Origin: an uncultured bacterium
GTDB lineage: Bacteria; Omnitrophota; Gorgyraeia; Kaelpiales; Kaelpiaceae
Assembly: GCA_965541635.1 (NCBI GenBank)
Contig: CBEUCN010000001.1
Span: forward strand, 13,526-77,525
Reading direction: 5' to 3'
DNA length: 64,000 bases
Positions 50,723 to 60,789 of the stretch are shown here, in pieces. The notes beneath the pieces were generated by a model. That model was not told the origin of the DNA, did not search any database, and saw only the letters and a list, made by a program, of their open reading frames with translations. A program made the translations under genes and the position numbers. Numbering within the stretch: the stretch's first letter is position 1; every line of letters starts with the position of its first letter.

Positions 50723-51806
50723 ATTCTAATATTCGAGGAATATCTACATATTGCGCTACCATTTCCTTAATGAGTTTGATTTTATCAACATCACAGGGAC
50801 GAAGTTTAACACTTAAATCATGTAATTTAGAAACTGTGCTATATGTGTCATCCTCAGAAATTAATAGAGGGATCCTAACTTTTTTTATCATATTAAGTAT
50901 CCTATTATCTGGAACTATTCCACCAGTAAGCAAAATCCCTGCAATACTGGCTTGAGAATCAGTATCGGAAATCAAGTGAGATCCAATGGCCGCTAAAATT
51001 ATATCTTCTCTATCTCCCGGAGTCACCACCAGAGTATTTTTATGAATGTATTTTAGAGCTTCATGGGGCTCCATTGCTCCAATAATTATTTTCTCCACCA
51101 GATTTGATTTTTTATCCTCACCAGCAAGAAATGGCAATTGCATCTCCTCTGATATCTGTTCTATAGTTGGTGCTGAAAGTATAGGATTATAAGGTATAAT
51201 ACCCAGTTCATTAATATTGTGCCTTTTCAAACCCAATTTTACAATCTTTGCAATCTTTTCATACTTATCTTTAAGCACTTTATTTATTATTACTCCTAAG
51301 CAATGAGCTTTTTCCTTCTCAAACAATGCTCGGTTTAATATAATTTCATCAATCGGTCTTCCAATTCCCCCTGATGAAATCAAAATTACCTTGGCTGCAA
51401 GCATTTTGGCCACGCGAGCATTGGAATGATCAAATACTGACCCTACTCCAGCGTGACCAGTTCCTTCTATTATTACCAGATCAGAATTAGCAGTTATCCT
51501 TTCAAATGATTCCATTATCTGGGCAGAAATCTTCTCAGGATCAGGATTCTGAATATATCTTTCAGTAAACCCCCGTTCAACAGCCACAGGGTTAAGATCC
51601 TTTAATGGTACTGTAAAATTACATACCTTTTCAATTAAAACGGAATCTTCATCTACTTTATATCCTTCTTCTACCAGATATCTCTGTCCTATAGGTTTTA
51701 TAAATCCAATTTTAGGAAAATGTTCTTTAAGATTGAGTATCAAGCCCAGAGCAATGGTGGTTTTACCATCGTTCTGGCGGGTAGCAGCAATAAATAATTT
51801 CTTCAT
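50715..51806 (-). CDS. Phosphotransacetylase N-terminal-like protein (BioD-like P-loop + DRTGG), no PTA catalytic domain
   Basis: QNDGKTT, GFIKPIG, IEGTGH, TPGDREDI, LLTGG. Confidence 0.85.
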   Translation of the reverse strand: MKKLFIAATRQNDGKTTIALGLILNLKEHFPKIGFIKPIGQRYLVEEGYKVDEDSVLIEKVCNFTVPLKDLNPVAVERGFTERYIQNPDPEKISAQIMESFERITANSDLVIIEGTGHAGVGSVFDHSNARVAKMLAAKVILISSGGIGRPIDEIILNRALFEKEKAHCLGVIINKVLKDKYEKIAKIVKLGLKRHNINELGIIPYNPILSAPTIEQISEEMQLPFLAGEDKKSNLVEKIIIGAMEPHEALKYIHKNTLVVTPGDREDIILAAIGSHLISDTDSQASIAGILLTGGIVPDNRILNMIKKVRIPLLISEDDTYSTVSKLHDLSVKLRPCDVDKIKLIKEMVAQYVDIPRILEYA

Positions 51807-52756
51807 AATTCAAACACTCGGAATTTCATTCCCTTTTCCAATCCTTTTACGATTTTATACACACATAAATTATAAGGTAAATTCAAACCTAACTTTTTCC
51901 CTTCTGCAATCACAGCACCATTAATAGCATCTATTTCAGTTTTGTGATTTTTCAGAATATCCTGAAGCATGGAAGAAATATTATTCTTAGTTAAGGTGCA
52001 TACCTGTTCTACCTTTTGCCAGGGGTCATCATATATCAATTTTATTCCTTTTAATTCTGCCACCTGCAAAGCTTCATTCACAAGATTGTGCATTATCTCT
52101 CTTATTACAGGAATTTCCACCAATTTTCCATTTCTGTAATTAGTTATTGCGGTTAAAGCATTTATTCCTACATTTATTATCAATTTACTCCAGATTACAC
52201 TTTCAATATCTTTATAAATAACAGTATCAATTCCTGAGTTATCAAACGCGTTTTTAATTTTAATTAAAAATTTATGGATTTTAGAAAAATTTTCAGCAAT
52301 GTAAGACCCCAGAATGGTTTCTCCCTTACCAGCATGCCTAACGGTACTGATATTAATGCGGGTAGCCCCCTGATTGGTAACTCCCAGAATAATCCTGTGA
52401 GGCAAAATATATTTTGCTATAATTTCGGCGTTACCCAGCCCATTTTGAATGGAAAGAAGATAACAATTTCTACCAACAATAGAGACAATCCTTCTAACTG
52501 CAGCCTGAGTATCATAACTTTTAACTGCTAAAATTATTAACTCTGGAGGAGGAATCTTTTCAGGATCGGTTGTTATATTTACATCTGTTAATTGGATTCT
52601 TTCTCCCGTAAGAGATATAAAATTGATACCACTCTCTGAAAGTAATCGTGCTCGCCGCTTATTTTTATCTATAAGATATACCTCGTTACCCCCTACACGC
52701 AGCAGGCTATAAAACAATAATCCTAAAGCACCAGGACCAACAATTGCTATTCTCAT
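51803..52756 (-). CDS. panE: 2-dehydropantoate 2-reductase
   Basis: GPGALG, AVKSYD, QNGLG, WSKL..N..IN.LTA, SSMLQD....KTEIDAING. Confidence 0.95.
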   Translation of the reverse strand: MRIAIVGPGALGLLFYSLLRVGGNEVYLIDKNKRRARLLSESGINFISLTGERIQLTDVNITTDPEKIPPPELIILAVKSYDTQAAVRRIVSIVGRNCYLLSIQNGLGNAEIIAKYILPHRIILGVTNQGATRINISTVRHAGKGETILGSYIAENFSKIHKFLIKIKNAFDNSGIDTVIYKDIESVIWSKLIINVGINALTAITNYRNGKLVEIPVIREIMHNLVNEALQVAELKGIKLIYDDPWQKVEQVCTLTKNNISSMLQDILKNHKTEIDAINGAVIAEGKKLGLNLPYNLCVYKIVKGLEKGMKFRVFEL

Positions 52757-53184
52757 TCCTGTTTGTGGTAACTGGCATGAGCAGTGGTATAAATTCCTCC
52801 TCGAACGTTAAATTCGCCTATAACTTCAAGTTTAATGGGATCAAGAACTTTAACCAGATCTTCCAGAATTTTATTCACCACATGCTCATGAAAAATCCTT
52901 ACCTGTCTGTAAGACAGAAGATAATATTTCAAAGACTTCAATTCAATACATAACTTATTGGGAATATATTTAATAGTAATCTTAGCAAAATCTGGAAGTC
53001 CGGAAAATGGACACAGACATGTAAATTCAGAAGTAGTATGTTCCATAACTATCTGTCTGTGAGGATATTCATAGGGAAAAGTAACTAAAATAGAAGAATC
53101 AATTACTTCGGGACCAAATGTCTCTCCAGTTGCCTTCCTAGCCTTTTGCTCCAATTCCGAAGGGACTCTATCTTCATAAACCAT
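52753..53184 (-). CDS. queF: 7-cyano-7-deazaguanine reductase (type I)
   Basis: EFTCLCPFSGLPDFA, ELKSLKYYL, FHEH, RGGI. Confidence 0.95.
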   Translation of the reverse strand: MVYEDRVPSELEQKARKATGETFGPEVIDSSILVTFPYEYPHRQIVMEHTTSEFTCLCPFSGLPDFAKITIKYIPNKLCIELKSLKYYLLSYRQVRIFHEHVVNKILEDLVKVLDPIKLEVIGEFNVRGGIYTTAHASYHKQE

Positions 53185-53190
53185 ATCAAT

Positions 53191-54012
53191 TCACCTCACT
53201 TCTAAAATAAGTGACCTATCTATTCTAAGCCTTCCTTTTCTGCCAGAAATTTGCACTTCCAGAGTTACAGAAGATTGATCTTGAGAAATAATTCTACCTT
53301 TAAAGAGATATCCATTTCTTAAAGTTACCATTACAGGACATTGGGGTAATTGTTGAAACACCTGCTCCTGAGATTTGGAAGAACCAGTAATATATCTTGT
53401 AACCACACCTTTAAATCTCTGCAATAAAGAAGCCAATTTAGTGTGATAAACAAAATATCCTGCCATCGCTATTATAATTCCAACAATCAAAATCTTTGTT
53501 ACAAATATTCTTAATTTTATAATCGGGATTTTCCTAATATCAGTTATGCTCCCCTTTTTTCTTTTCTTCTTGGAAAAGTACATTGCTTTGTCAGCAAGAG
53601 ATATCAGTTGCTTGGGATTATTGCCATCGTAAGGATAAGATGCAATTCCATAACTGGCAGAAAGTTTATACAATCGATTCCCAGATAAAAACGGTCTTCT
53701 GTAAAGATGGCGATTACATAGTTTGAAAATATTTGTAACTGCGCGTTTATCTCTCTTAGGAAATACCACTAAAAATTCATCTCCTCCCAATCTAAAGATT
53801 TTACCCAAAGCACCGATAGTCAATTTTAAGGTGCTGGCAACATATTTTAGAATTTCATCTCCAAAAGCATGTCCATATTTATCATTATATTTTTTAAATC
53901 CATTGAGATCGATTAGGCCTACAGTAAATGGCGTATTTTCATTTATAAGTTTATTAAGATAAGGGATAAGTTCCTCACGAGTATAAAATCCAGTAAGAAT
54001 ATCTTCCTTCAT
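53191..54012 (-). CDS. Diguanylate cyclase (N-terminal GGDEF, single TM, small C-terminal domain)
   Basis: DILTG, FKKYNDKYGH..GD, RLGGDEF, ADKAMY..K, then TM ILIVGIIIAMAGYFVY. Confidence 0.88.
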   Translation of the reverse strand: MKEDILTGFYTREELIPYLNKLINENTPFTVGLIDLNGFKKYNDKYGHAFGDEILKYVASTLKLTIGALGKIFRLGGDEFLVVFPKRDKRAVTNIFKLCNRHLYRRPFLSGNRLYKLSASYGIASYPYDGNNPKQLISLADKAMYFSKKKRKKGSITDIRKIPIIKLRIFVTKILIVGIIIAMAGYFVYHTKLASLLQRFKGVVTRYITGSSKSQEQVFQQLPQCPVMVTLRNGYLFKGRIISQDQSSVTLEVQISGRKGRLRIDRSLILEVR

Positions 54013-54014
54013 AT

Positions 54015-54200
54015 TCAGAATCTAATAAAGAAATCTACAAAGGGATTTTGCCACTCTTTGGTCATTTTCTTCAATTGATATCGCAGAACTAATATTACAG
54101 CACCTATAAATATGAGAAGAAAGGAGACAATCAAAGAAAGCAATTGAGGATAAATGGCAATCAATATTCCTGCAATTATCAATACAATTCCTACAAGCAT
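54015..54200 (-). CDS. Small membrane protein (DUF3096-like)
   Basis: LIIAGILIAIYPQLLSLIV...LI.IG; GGAGG SD. Confidence 0.75.
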   Translation of the reverse strand: MLVGIVLIIAGILIAIYPQLLSLIVSFLLIFIGAVILVLRYQLKKMTKEWQNPFVDFFIRF

Positions 54201-54202
54201 CT

Positions 54203-54910
54203 TTACCTCCCCTGTTTTTTATTATTATATACACAAAACCTGGAAATTAAAATGCTTAATTCCAGAAGAACTATTAAAGGTAAAGCCAGAAGTAACTGAC
54301 TGAGAACATCAGGAGGTGTAAGGACAGCAGAGACAATAAAATTCAACAGATAAATCTCTCTTCTCCTGTGTCGAAGAAATTCCAGACTGATTACTCCCAC
54401 ACATACTCCCGCAACAAGAACGATTGGCAATTGGGAAAGAATTACTAATATTAAAAATAATGTAAAGAAAACTGAAACATAATTATTCACAGTTATCTGA
54501 GGCAAAATCTCAGGAATAGTAAATTTGATAAGAAATTTTAAGATATATGGAAATACAAAAAATTTATAAACAAAAATACAACTAATAAACAAACATAATG
54601 AAAGAAATAGAAACAAAACTGCCTGTTTAACTTTGAAAATTGCAGACTGAATAAATTTAAACAATTGGTAAAGAGCAACTGGATAACACAGTATCATTGC
54701 CGAATAAAATGCTAATTTCAATCTCACCAATAACACTTCTGCAGGATGAATAAAAATCAAAGAAATAGAATTATTTTTTATCCATTCTAAAATTTTCTGA
54801 GATTGAGAAAGGGATATCAAAAATATAACAACAAAAATTATTCCCACATAAATAATTCTTAGGCGTAGTTCCTCCAGATGGTCAAGGAAGGAAAACTCAT
54901 TTTTACTCAT
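54203..54910 (-). CDS. tatC: Twin-arginine translocase subunit TatC
   Basis: LDHLEELR.R, P.E, multiple TM helices, LTPPDVLSQ...A.P...L.E. Confidence 0.92.
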   Translation of the reverse strand: MSKNEFSFLDHLEELRLRIIYVGIIFVVIFLISLSQSQKILEWIKNNSISLIFIHPAEVLLVRLKLAFYSAMILCYPVALYQLFKFIQSAIFKVKQAVLFLFLSLCLFISCIFVYKFFVFPYILKFLIKFTIPEILPQITVNNYVSVFFTLFLILVILSQLPIVLVAGVCVGVISLEFLRHRRREIYLLNFIVSAVLTPPDVLSQLLLALPLIVLLELSILISRFCVYNNKKQGR

Positions 54911-55080
54911 TCAGATTCTTTATCCTGATGATTTTCTTTTTCCAGTTCTCGAGAAACCTTTCGAAATTCTCTCAGAGCTTTAGCCAAAGACCTTCCCAAT
55001 TCTGGCAGTCTCTTAGCACCAAATAGTAAAAGCAGGATTAACAATATTAATAAAAGTTCACCGCCTCCTATCCGGAACAT
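54907..55080 (-). CDS. tatA: Twin-arginine translocase subunit TatA
   Basis: Not in ORF track. MFRIGGGELLLILLILLLLFGAKRLPELGRSLAKALREFRK.. (57 aa); GGAGG SD; ATGA overlap with tatC. Confidence 0.96.
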   Translation of the reverse strand: MFRIGGGELLLILLILLLLFGAKRLPELGRSLAKALREFRKVSRELEKENHQDKESE

Positions 55081-56477
55081 TGAACACCTCCTGTGTTTGT
55101 TTTGATTATAACACTCATAAAGTATATCCCCGCAAATAAAAATCCATATATCATAATAACTGCTTTTGCAGTAACGGGGGGTAATTTTATACAGGCATAA
55201 TTTTTATTAGATATAAATTCCATAATTTTAAAAAAGAAAAATAGAAAAGGATAAGATGCAGTTGCAAAAAACTGAGCCAGTGGGAAAGCAACAAGAGAAG
55301 AAAACAGAGAGCAAAATCCCATACTTAAAATTAAAGTAAATACGGGAACTAACACAAAATTTACTGGGAATTGGAAAACAGTAAATCTTTTCCAGTAATA
55401 CCATATAAGGGGAGAAGTAAAAATCCAGGCTGAAAAAATAACTTTAATATAATTAGAAATTTTCCCTTTAATAGAATAAGGCTGAAAGGATGGAAATAAT
55501 TTCAACACTAAACAAATTCCAACCACAGCAATAAAAGATAATTGAAAACTTACCTGATAAATAGCAGCCGGATCTAAAAATAAAATTATAATAGCAGCCA
55601 GTATAATCAGATTGAAAATATTTATCTCTCTATAAAATAGACTGAAATAAAGATAAACCACAGCCATTATTGTTGCCCTCATTACTGGAGGCCTGCCGGC
55701 AGTAAGAATAAGATATAGAACCGAAATCAGAATTAATAAAATACTTCTTGCCCTCTTTTTGATACCAGAAATCTTAAAGATGAAGTGGAAGAAGAAAAGT
55801 ATAAGTCCAACATGAAGCCCACTTATAGCCAGAATATGAGCAAGCCCTGCTCTCTGGACATTATGCCGAATAGTTTTTAAATTTTCTCTATCTCCTATCG
55901 TAATTGCTTTCACAAACCCTGCAAACTCATAAGGATATAATTCATCTATCATCTGTGAAAAATATCTTTTTAATTGATAAATGTATTTTTTAATTGAAAA
56001 ATGAGACCCTATTATTTGAAAATCTTCTAAAAAGAAATATATATTTTTTCCTATCTTCCTAAAATTACCCCTAGCGGTTATTATCTGTCCTGGTTGAATT
56101 TTTTCATTTTTGGGAGCACAAATTTTAATATTGAAATCTTTGCCTAAAACATTACCAGTAAACATAATCTTATCTTCTATAGTAGTGGGGATAGAATTTA
56201 TCTTAAAACTGATATAACTAAGCCCATTTCTTCTCCAGACATCCAGAACTTTTCTGGTAGTAGTAACTTTTATACCAGCAATCATTCCCAGAGCAGCAAA
56301 TAATAAACATAAAAATAAATAAAATATACTTTTTCTGCGCACAAGAAAGCCAGCAATTAGAGATATTGTTCCTATTATAAAAACTAACTCCAGTTTTACA
56401 TCTATAAACTGCACTATTACAAGACCTGAGAGATAAGAGACAAATATTACAAATAGAAGATAAGAAAAAGGAGGCAT
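55068..56477 (-). CDS. comEC: ComEC/Rec2 competence channel (no C-terminal beta-lactamase domain)
   Basis: AGLAHILAISGLHVG, P.V.RA..M, SFQLSF.AV. Confidence 0.9.
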   Translation of the reverse strand: MPPFSYLLFVIFVSYLSGLVIVQFIDVKLELVFIIGTISLIAGFLVRRKSIFYLFLCLLFAALGMIAGIKVTTTRKVLDVWRRNGLSYISFKINSIPTTIEDKIMFTGNVLGKDFNIKICAPKNEKIQPGQIITARGNFRKIGKNIYFFLEDFQIIGSHFSIKKYIYQLKRYFSQMIDELYPYEFAGFVKAITIGDRENLKTIRHNVQRAGLAHILAISGLHVGLILFFFHFIFKISGIKKRARSILLILISVLYLILTAGRPPVMRATIMAVVYLYFSLFYREINIFNLIILAAIIILFLDPAAIYQVSFQLSFIAVVGICLVLKLFPSFQPYSIKGKISNYIKVIFSAWIFTSPLIWYYWKRFTVFQFPVNFVLVPVFTLILSMGFCSLFSSLVAFPLAQFFATASYPFLFFFFKIMEFISNKNYACIKLPPVTAKAVIMIYGFLFAGIYFMSVIIKTNTGGVQCSG

Positions 56478-56478
56478 T

Positions 56479-56838
56479 TTATATCTTAAAATATTTCCGT
56501 AACTTCTGGAATTTTCTCTCTCCGATACCTTTTATCTCTTTTAACTGATGTAACCTCTGAAACTTACCATGAAATTGCCTATATTCTATAATTCTTTGAG
56601 CAGTAACAGGACCAATACCTGGAACCTGTAGTAACTGGGTGTAAGTGGCAGAATTGATATCCAGAGGAAATAAAACATCTTCCTCGTGGTTATTTTGAAC
56701 CTCTAATGCTATATTTTTAAGATTGAATACCTTAAGGCTGAAAACTGAAAACAAACACAAACCCAGAAATAGAATTAGATACTTTTCATGGGTGGTTAAG
56801 TAAATGTTATTTAAAAAATTCCATTTTAGCCTGGGCAT
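56479..56838 (-). CDS. comEA: ComEA-like helix-hairpin-helix DNA receptor
   Basis: N-terminal TM, DINSAT...L..VPGIGP..A..II.YR, IKGIG. Confidence 0.88.
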   Translation of the reverse strand: MPRLKWNFLNNIYLTTHEKYLILFLGLCLFSVFSLKVFNLKNIALEVQNNHEEDVLFPLDINSATYTQLLQVPGIGPVTAQRIIEYRQFHGKFQRLHQLKEIKGIGERKFQKLRKYFKI

Positions 56839-56842
56839 TGTT

Positions 56843-59299
56843 TTATATTACAATATTAACGATTTTATTTTTGACCACTATAAACTTCTTTACTGGATTT
56901 TGTCCTATTTTTTCTCTAATTTTTTCGTCTTTAAATATAATTTTTTTCACAATATCATCATCAGCATTATAAGGAACTTTAATTTTTGCCCGCAATTTCC
57001 CATTTATTTGAACTGGCAATTCTATCTCCTCCTGAATTAATGCCCGCTGTTCATATTCTGGCCATGATGCAGTTTCCATCACAGAACCAGTTTTACTGAG
57101 TTTATTCCATAATTCCTCTGCTATGTGAGGAACAAAAGGATAAATGAGCACCACCAGTCTCTCCAAAGTCTCCAAAATAACCTCTTTGCTCACATCTTTA
57201 GTGGTCAAACGCTCATTAAGAAAGTTGCACAATTCCATTATAGAACTAATGGCTGTATTAAACTTAAAGCCCCCTTCCATATCATCAGTCACTTTCTTAA
57301 TTGTATAATTTAATCTCCTGTGCAATTCTTTTTCCATCTTCTCATTTCCGTTCTCAGTGCTATAGGTAAATGCATTGTGATAAATTCTCCACAGTCTATT
57401 AAGAAATCTATATGCTCCTTCTACTCCTCTATCTGACCATTCAGCATCTTTTTCAGGAGGACCAATAAATAAAATATAGAGCCTCATGGTATCAGTTCCA
57501 TATTTCTGAATCAACTCATCAGGAGAGACCACATTGCCTTTAGATTTAGACATTTTGGCTCCATCTTTAATTATCATTCCTTGAGTAAATAAGCGTGCAA
57601 ATGGCTCTTTAAAATTTAATAGTTTAAGGTCATAAAAAACTTTAGTAATAAATCTGGAATACAAAAGATGAAGAATAGCATGTTCTACTCCTCCAATATA
57701 CTGATCAACTGGAAGCCAGTAGTTAACAATTTGAGAATCAAATGCTTTTTTATCATCACCAGGAGTAAGATATCTCAAAAAGTACCAGGAGGAATCAACA
57801 AATGTATCCATAGTATCCACTTCTCTGCGAGCAGAATGTCCACATCGAGGACAGACAGTATTTACAAATTCCTCACAACTCCTTAAAGGTGATTCTCCTG
57901 TAGGTTTGAATTCCACATTTTCAGGTAACATAACCGGTAACTCTTCTTCAGGGACGGGAACTGTGCCACACTCTGGGCAGTAAATTATGGGTATGGGAGC
58001 ACCCCAGTAGCGCTGTCGAGAAATCAACCAATCTCTCAATTTATACTGCACACTTCTTTTCCCAATACCATTTTTTTCCATATAGTCTGCAATTCTCTCC
58101 TTAGCCTCTTCCGAACTTAATCCATTAAACTGACCGGAATTAATCACAATCCCCTCTTGTTCATAAGCCTGTTGCAGATTGTCTTCCTTAAGGCTACCTT
58201 CTGGATTCTGAATAACAATTGTGATGGGAAGATTATACTTTTTGGCAAATTCAAAATCTCTCTGGTCATGAGCAGGAACAGCCATAATTGCTCCACTACC
58301 GTACTCCATCAAAACATAATTAGATGTATAAATCGGTATTTTTTTACCAGTCATAGGATTTATAGCATACTTACCAATAAATACTCCCTCTTTTTCCAGT
58401 TCTCCCAGTTCTCGTTTCCTTCTTCCTATCTTTCGCATTTTTTCTACAAAATCTTTCAACTGTTGAGAAGCCTCACCCTTAGTTATCATCTCTTCTATAT
58501 AGGGATGTTCCGGAGCAAGAACCAGATAAGTGGCACCAAAAATTGTATCCACTCTGGTAGTGAAACATGAAATTATTCTGTCTTCGCCATCTATTGGGAA
58601 ATTAATTTCTACTCCTTGAGATTTCCCAATCCAGTTTCTCTGCATAATCTTTACCTTCTCTGGCCAGTGTTCCAGAAGTTGTAAATCCTCAAGTAATCTT
58701 TCAGCGTAAGCAGTGATTTTGAAAAACCACTGTTCCATCATCCTCTCTTCTACTTCCGTAGAGCATCTTTCACACTTGCCATCGATAACCTGCTCATTTG
58801 CCAGCACAGTCTTACACGAGGGACAAAAATTCACCCCTGCCTTCTTTTTATAAGCAAGTCCATTTTCATAAAGTTTTAAAAATATCCACTGCGTCCATTT
58901 ATAATAATCAGGATTACAAGAAGTAACCTCCTTATCCCAGTCATATCCAATTCCCCAAGAATAAAGTTGCTGTTTGATCCGGGAAATATTCCTGAATGTC
59001 CAGATTTTGGGATGAATACCGTGTTTTATAGCCTGGTTCTCAGCCGGAAGTCCAAAGGCATCCCAGCCCATAGGCGAAAGAACTAAATAACCTCGCAATT
59101 TTTTATAACGAGCAACAGCATCGCCAATAATATAATTACGCGCATGTCCCACATGAAGTTCAGAAGAGGGATAAGGAAACATCACCAGACAGTAATATTT
59201 AGGTTTGGTTCTGTCATTGACATCTACATAAAATAGTCGTTTCTGCTCCCAGTATTTTTGCCATTTGGTCTCAAATTGCTGCGGTTTATATTCTTCCAT
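56843..59299 (-). CDS. leuS: Leucine--tRNA ligase
   Basis: MFPYPS..LHVGH, GWDAFGLPAEN, DWLISRQRYWG, KMSKS. Confidence 0.99.
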   Translation of the reverse strand: MEEYKPQQFETKWQKYWEQKRLFYVDVNDRTKPKYYCLVMFPYPSSELHVGHARNYIIGDAVARYKKLRGYLVLSPMGWDAFGLPAENQAIKHGIHPKIWTFRNISRIKQQLYSWGIGYDWDKEVTSCNPDYYKWTQWIFLKLYENGLAYKKKAGVNFCPSCKTVLANEQVIDGKCERCSTEVEERMMEQWFFKITAYAERLLEDLQLLEHWPEKVKIMQRNWIGKSQGVEINFPIDGEDRIISCFTTRVDTIFGATYLVLAPEHPYIEEMITKGEASQQLKDFVEKMRKIGRRKRELGELEKEGVFIGKYAINPMTGKKIPIYTSNYVLMEYGSGAIMAVPAHDQRDFEFAKKYNLPITIVIQNPEGSLKEDNLQQAYEQEGIVINSGQFNGLSSEEAKERIADYMEKNGIGKRSVQYKLRDWLISRQRYWGAPIPIIYCPECGTVPVPEEELPVMLPENVEFKPTGESPLRSCEEFVNTVCPRCGHSARREVDTMDTFVDSSWYFLRYLTPGDDKKAFDSQIVNYWLPVDQYIGGVEHAILHLLYSRFITKVFYDLKLLNFKEPFARLFTQGMIIKDGAKMSKSKGNVVSPDELIQKYGTDTMRLYILFIGPPEKDAEWSDRGVEGAYRFLNRLWRIYHNAFTYSTENGNEKMEKELHRRLNYTIKKVTDDMEGGFKFNTAISSIMELCNFLNERLTTKDVSKEVILETLERLVVLIYPFVPHIAEELWNKLSKTGSVMETASWPEYEQRALIQEEIELPVQINGKLRAKIKVPYNADDDIVKKIIFKDEKIREKIGQNPVKKFIVVKNKIVNIVI

Positions 59300-60133
59300 T
59301 TATACCTCCCTTCCAGTTATCAGATATTTTACCTTATTTAAATTAACAATGTCATCCTTTTCATTCTTTTTTGGAGTTTCCAAAATTAAAGGAAGATTTC
59401 CTACTACTGGATGGGCAAGAAAATTTCTGAAACCATCTTCTCCAATATATCCCTTACCAATATGATGATGTCTATCTTTTTTAGCCCCAAGGGGATAATA
59501 GGAATCATTGAGATGAATTAACTTCAATCTTTCTCTGCCAATGCTTTCATCTAGACGAGTAAAAATTTCATTCACAATTTCAGAGTCCCTGATATCGTAT
59601 CCTGCTGAAAAAAGATGAGCAGTATCCAGACAAATTCCAATTTTTTTTATTCTGGTTGTTATCCATAATATATCATCTAAAGACGCTCCCAGTTTATTTC
59701 CCTCTCCAGCAGTATTTTCTAAAATAATTTCTACTTCGGCGTGAGTAACTATTTCCTTGAGGGCAGTATAAAACAATTTCAGGCCTGTTTTTTTATCAGG
59801 ATGAGAGCCGAAGTGAATAACATAATAATTAGCCCCCAGTTTACTGGCAATTTTAAGGTCTTGAGTCACTATTCTAATGGAATTGACCCGAATTTTTTTA
59901 CTGGGAGAGCACAGATTTACGATATATCCAGCATGAATAAAATAAGGAAATATACCTCTTGCAGTTATGAATTCTCTCAGAGTTTTAATTTCATTACAAT
60001 CAAACCTCCTCATATTATATCCCCGGGGGTTACGGATAAAACTCTGAAATGTATTAATTTTAAACTTTTCAATATCTTTTATGACATGATTAAGTCCTCT
60101 CGCTATTGAAAGATGAACACCAAGACGAAGCAT
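59300..60133 (-). CDS. nfo: Endonuclease IV
   Basis: GVHLSI, HAGY.VNL, LENTAGEG, CLDTAH, HLNDS, DRH..IG.G, LETP. Confidence 0.95.
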   Translation of the reverse strand: MLRLGVHLSIARGLNHVIKDIEKFKINTFQSFIRNPRGYNMRRFDCNEIKTLREFITARGIFPYFIHAGYIVNLCSPSKKIRVNSIRIVTQDLKIASKLGANYYVIHFGSHPDKKTGLKLFYTALKEIVTHAEVEIILENTAGEGNKLGASLDDILWITTRIKKIGICLDTAHLFSAGYDIRDSEIVNEIFTRLDESIGRERLKLIHLNDSYYPLGAKKDRHHHIGKGYIGEDGFRNFLAHPVVGNLPLILETPKKNEKDDIVNLNKVKYLITGREV

Positions 60134-60141
60134 TTACCAAC

Positions 60142-60789
60142 TTAAAAGATATTTAAATCAGGAATACGAAGTTTCTGTCTGATTCCGTATAGAGTCTTAT
60201 TTATTACTATGTGAGTAAATATGGAGATAACTATCTTCCTGGGGTTAGTTACATTGGTAAATTCTCTATCAAGGTTGAGTCGAACCCTTCGGGCTCGTGG
60301 TGGGTTCTGGCTATAATCAATAGAAATTATTTCTCCCAATCTTAGGTGCATTTTCTCTATAAAAATTCCTTTCCTTTTTAATATGCCTTTTCTCCTCTGC
60401 CTTTTCTTCTTTTTTATTTTAGAAATGTTTAACTGCTGCTTTTCGTTTTTGATAACATAAATGGTTCCAACATCAATAAAAAATTTACTGAGATATAATT
60501 TGCCTAACAGCAGTTTTTTAAGATTAATATCCAGCATTAAGGAATTAATTTCTGCAAGTGTTTCTTTTTTGAATCCTTGAGGATTTAAAACTTCAATTCC
60601 AGTAAGATTAATATATCCCTTTTGAAGTTCAGAATCCACCTTAGCAATCTTTATCCTTACATTGGTATTTTTGGAAACAAAATAAGGTAATGCAAATTTT
60701 AATATCTGATCCTGGAGGAAATAAAACAATACCATGAGAATGATTACAATCAGAATAAGTTTTTTAATTAAAGACCTTATCAACCTCAC
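60142..60789 (-). CDS. Hypothetical membrane-anchored protein, AsmA N-terminal-like
   Basis: N-terminal TM, NPQGF, beta-rich; basic stretch KIKKKKRQRRK. Confidence 0.55.
   Translation of the reverse strand: MRLIRSLIKKLILIVIILMVLFYFLQDQILKFALPYFVSKNTNVRIKIAKVDSELQKGYINLTGIEVLNPQGFKKETLAEINSLMLDINLKKLLLGKLYLSKFFIDVGTIYVIKNEKQQLNISKIKKKKRQRRKGILKRKGIFIEKMHLRLGEIISIDYSQNPPRARRVRLNLDREFTNVTNPRKIVISIFTHIVINKTLYGIRQKLRIPDLNIF

Noticed and set aside
53185-53200. preQ1 riboswitch upstream of queF
   Set aside because: Only 6 bp separate queF from the upstream gene and no aptamer-like sequence was seen.
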